Below are positions 15,849 to 16,581 of a stretch of 16,581 nucleotides of DNA, one piece after another. Position 1 is the first letter of the stretch. Each line of letters begins with the position of its first letter. The DNA comes from Candidatus Methylomirabilis sp. (GTDB taxonomy: Bacteria; Methylomirabilota; Methylomirabilia; Methylomirabilales; Methylomirabilaceae), in NCBI GenBank assembly GCA_041498975.1, contig JBGQJI010000049.1, positions 1 through 16,581 on the forward strand. The letters are read 5' to 3'. A model generated the notes under the pieces. That model did not search any database. It worked only from the letters and a program-made list of their open reading frames with translations, and was not told where the DNA came from. Both the position numbers and the translations under genes were made by a program.

Positions 15849-16581
15849 ATGAGAATCCTCTTCGCTGCTTCCGAGGTGGCGCCGTTCGCCAGGACCGGCG
15901 GGCTCGGCGACGTCGCCGGTGCCCTGCCACAAGCGCTCTACCGGCTTGGCCACGACGTCCGGCTGATCATGCCGCTCTACCGGGTTGTGGATCGGGAGCG
16001 ACATCGGCTGAGCGAGGCTGCGCGCGGGCTGGAGGTTCGCGCGGCCGTGGGCTCGCAAGAGGTGGACGTGTTGGAGGGGCACCTCTCCAACGGGGTGCCG
16101 GTGTATTTCGTTCGCCACGATCCTTCGTTCGATCGCGATGGCCTCTACCAGACCCCTTCGGGGGAGGACTATCCGGACGGTGCAGAGCGATTCGCCCTGT
16201 TCTGCCGGGCCGCCCTTGAGGCCTGTCGAACCCTCGCCTTCCGGTTCGAGGTCCTGCACGCCCATGACTGGCAGACCGCTCTGCTCCCGGTATATCTGAA
16301 AACTGTCCTTCAGGGCGACCCCTTCTTCCGGGGCGTCGCCACGGTGTTCACGATCCACAATCTCGGGTACCAGGGCCACTTCCCGCCTGACATTCTGCCG
16401 AGGCTGGGGCTTCCCTTGGAGTTGTTCACGGCGGCTCGCCTCGAGTTTTACGGCAAGGTCAATCTCTTGAAAGGTGGGCTGGTATTCGCCGACCTGCTCA
16501 CGACCGTGAGCCGTCGCTACAGCCAGGAGATCCAGACTCCGGAGCAAGGGTTTGGCCTGGATGGCCTGCTCAGGGAAAGGA
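15849..16581 (+). CDS. glgA: Glycogen synthase (GT5), 5' part, truncated by the window end; not in the ORF track
   Basis: My translation from ATG 15849 (RBS GGAG at 15836-15839): MRILFAASEVAPFARTGGLGDVAGALP...DVRLIMPLY...FDRDGLY...ERFALF...LHAHDWQTAL...VFTIHNLGYQG...EFYGKVNLLKGGL...TTVSRRYSQEI. Confidence 0.95.
   Translation, partial: MRILFAASEVAPFARTGGLGDVAGALPQALYRLGHDVRLIMPLYRVVDRERHRLSEAARGLEVRAAVGSQEVDVLEGHLSNGVPVYFVRHDPSFDRDGLYQTPSGEDYPDGAERFALFCRAALEACRTLAFRFEVLHAHDWQTALLPVYLKTVLQGDPFFRGVATVFTIHNLGYQGHFPPDILPRLGLPLELFTAARLEFYGKVNLLKGGLVFADLLTTVSRRYSQEIQTPEQGFGLDGLLRER

Noticed and set aside
15840..16547. 235-aa minus-strand ORF and the 15614-16219 plus-strand ORF
   Set aside because: Both overlap the clear glgA frame that starts at 15849.
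4922..16581. Mycobacterial-type methylglucose lipopolysaccharide pathway (GpgS, GpgP, methyltransferase, GlgA)
   Set aside because: The genes are in separate transcription units and orientations, no acyltransferase is present, and nothing links the methyltransferase to this pathway.
1..16581. CRISPR array, rRNA, intact transposase or integrase, or a UGA-recoded selenoprotein gene
   Set aside because: I saw no regularly spaced repeats or such coding motifs, and no called gene appears interrupted by an in-frame UGA.

Overview
GC-rich bacterial chromosomal window. From left to right: (1) a minus-strand two-component cassette (HAMP histidine kinase, then an NtrC-family sigma-54 activator), followed by a sigma-54 promoter with candidate palindromic upstream sites in front of a stand-alone receiver protein and a small P/E/Q-rich exported protein; (2) about 2 kb of accessory-looking DNA (XRE-HTH fragment, intact SAM methyltransferase, degenerate nuclease-like fragment) lying directly downstream of a full-length but mutated tRNA-Sec gene (6318-6412, minus strand); (3) a nested palindromic repeat and a YdjM-like membrane hydrolase gene; (4) a second sigma-54-type promoter ahead of a minus-strand run: DUF1344-like exported protein, DksA/TraR-like zinc-finger protein, gpgS, gpgP/mpgP, a ggs-like glycosyltransferase and a MscS-associated TM-helix protein, which suggests both routes to glucosylglycerate in one cluster; (5) fhs, a convergent GT2 glycosyltransferase, and the 5' part of glgA (absent from the ORF track because it runs off the window). 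All calls come from motif recognition by eye. No database searches were run.
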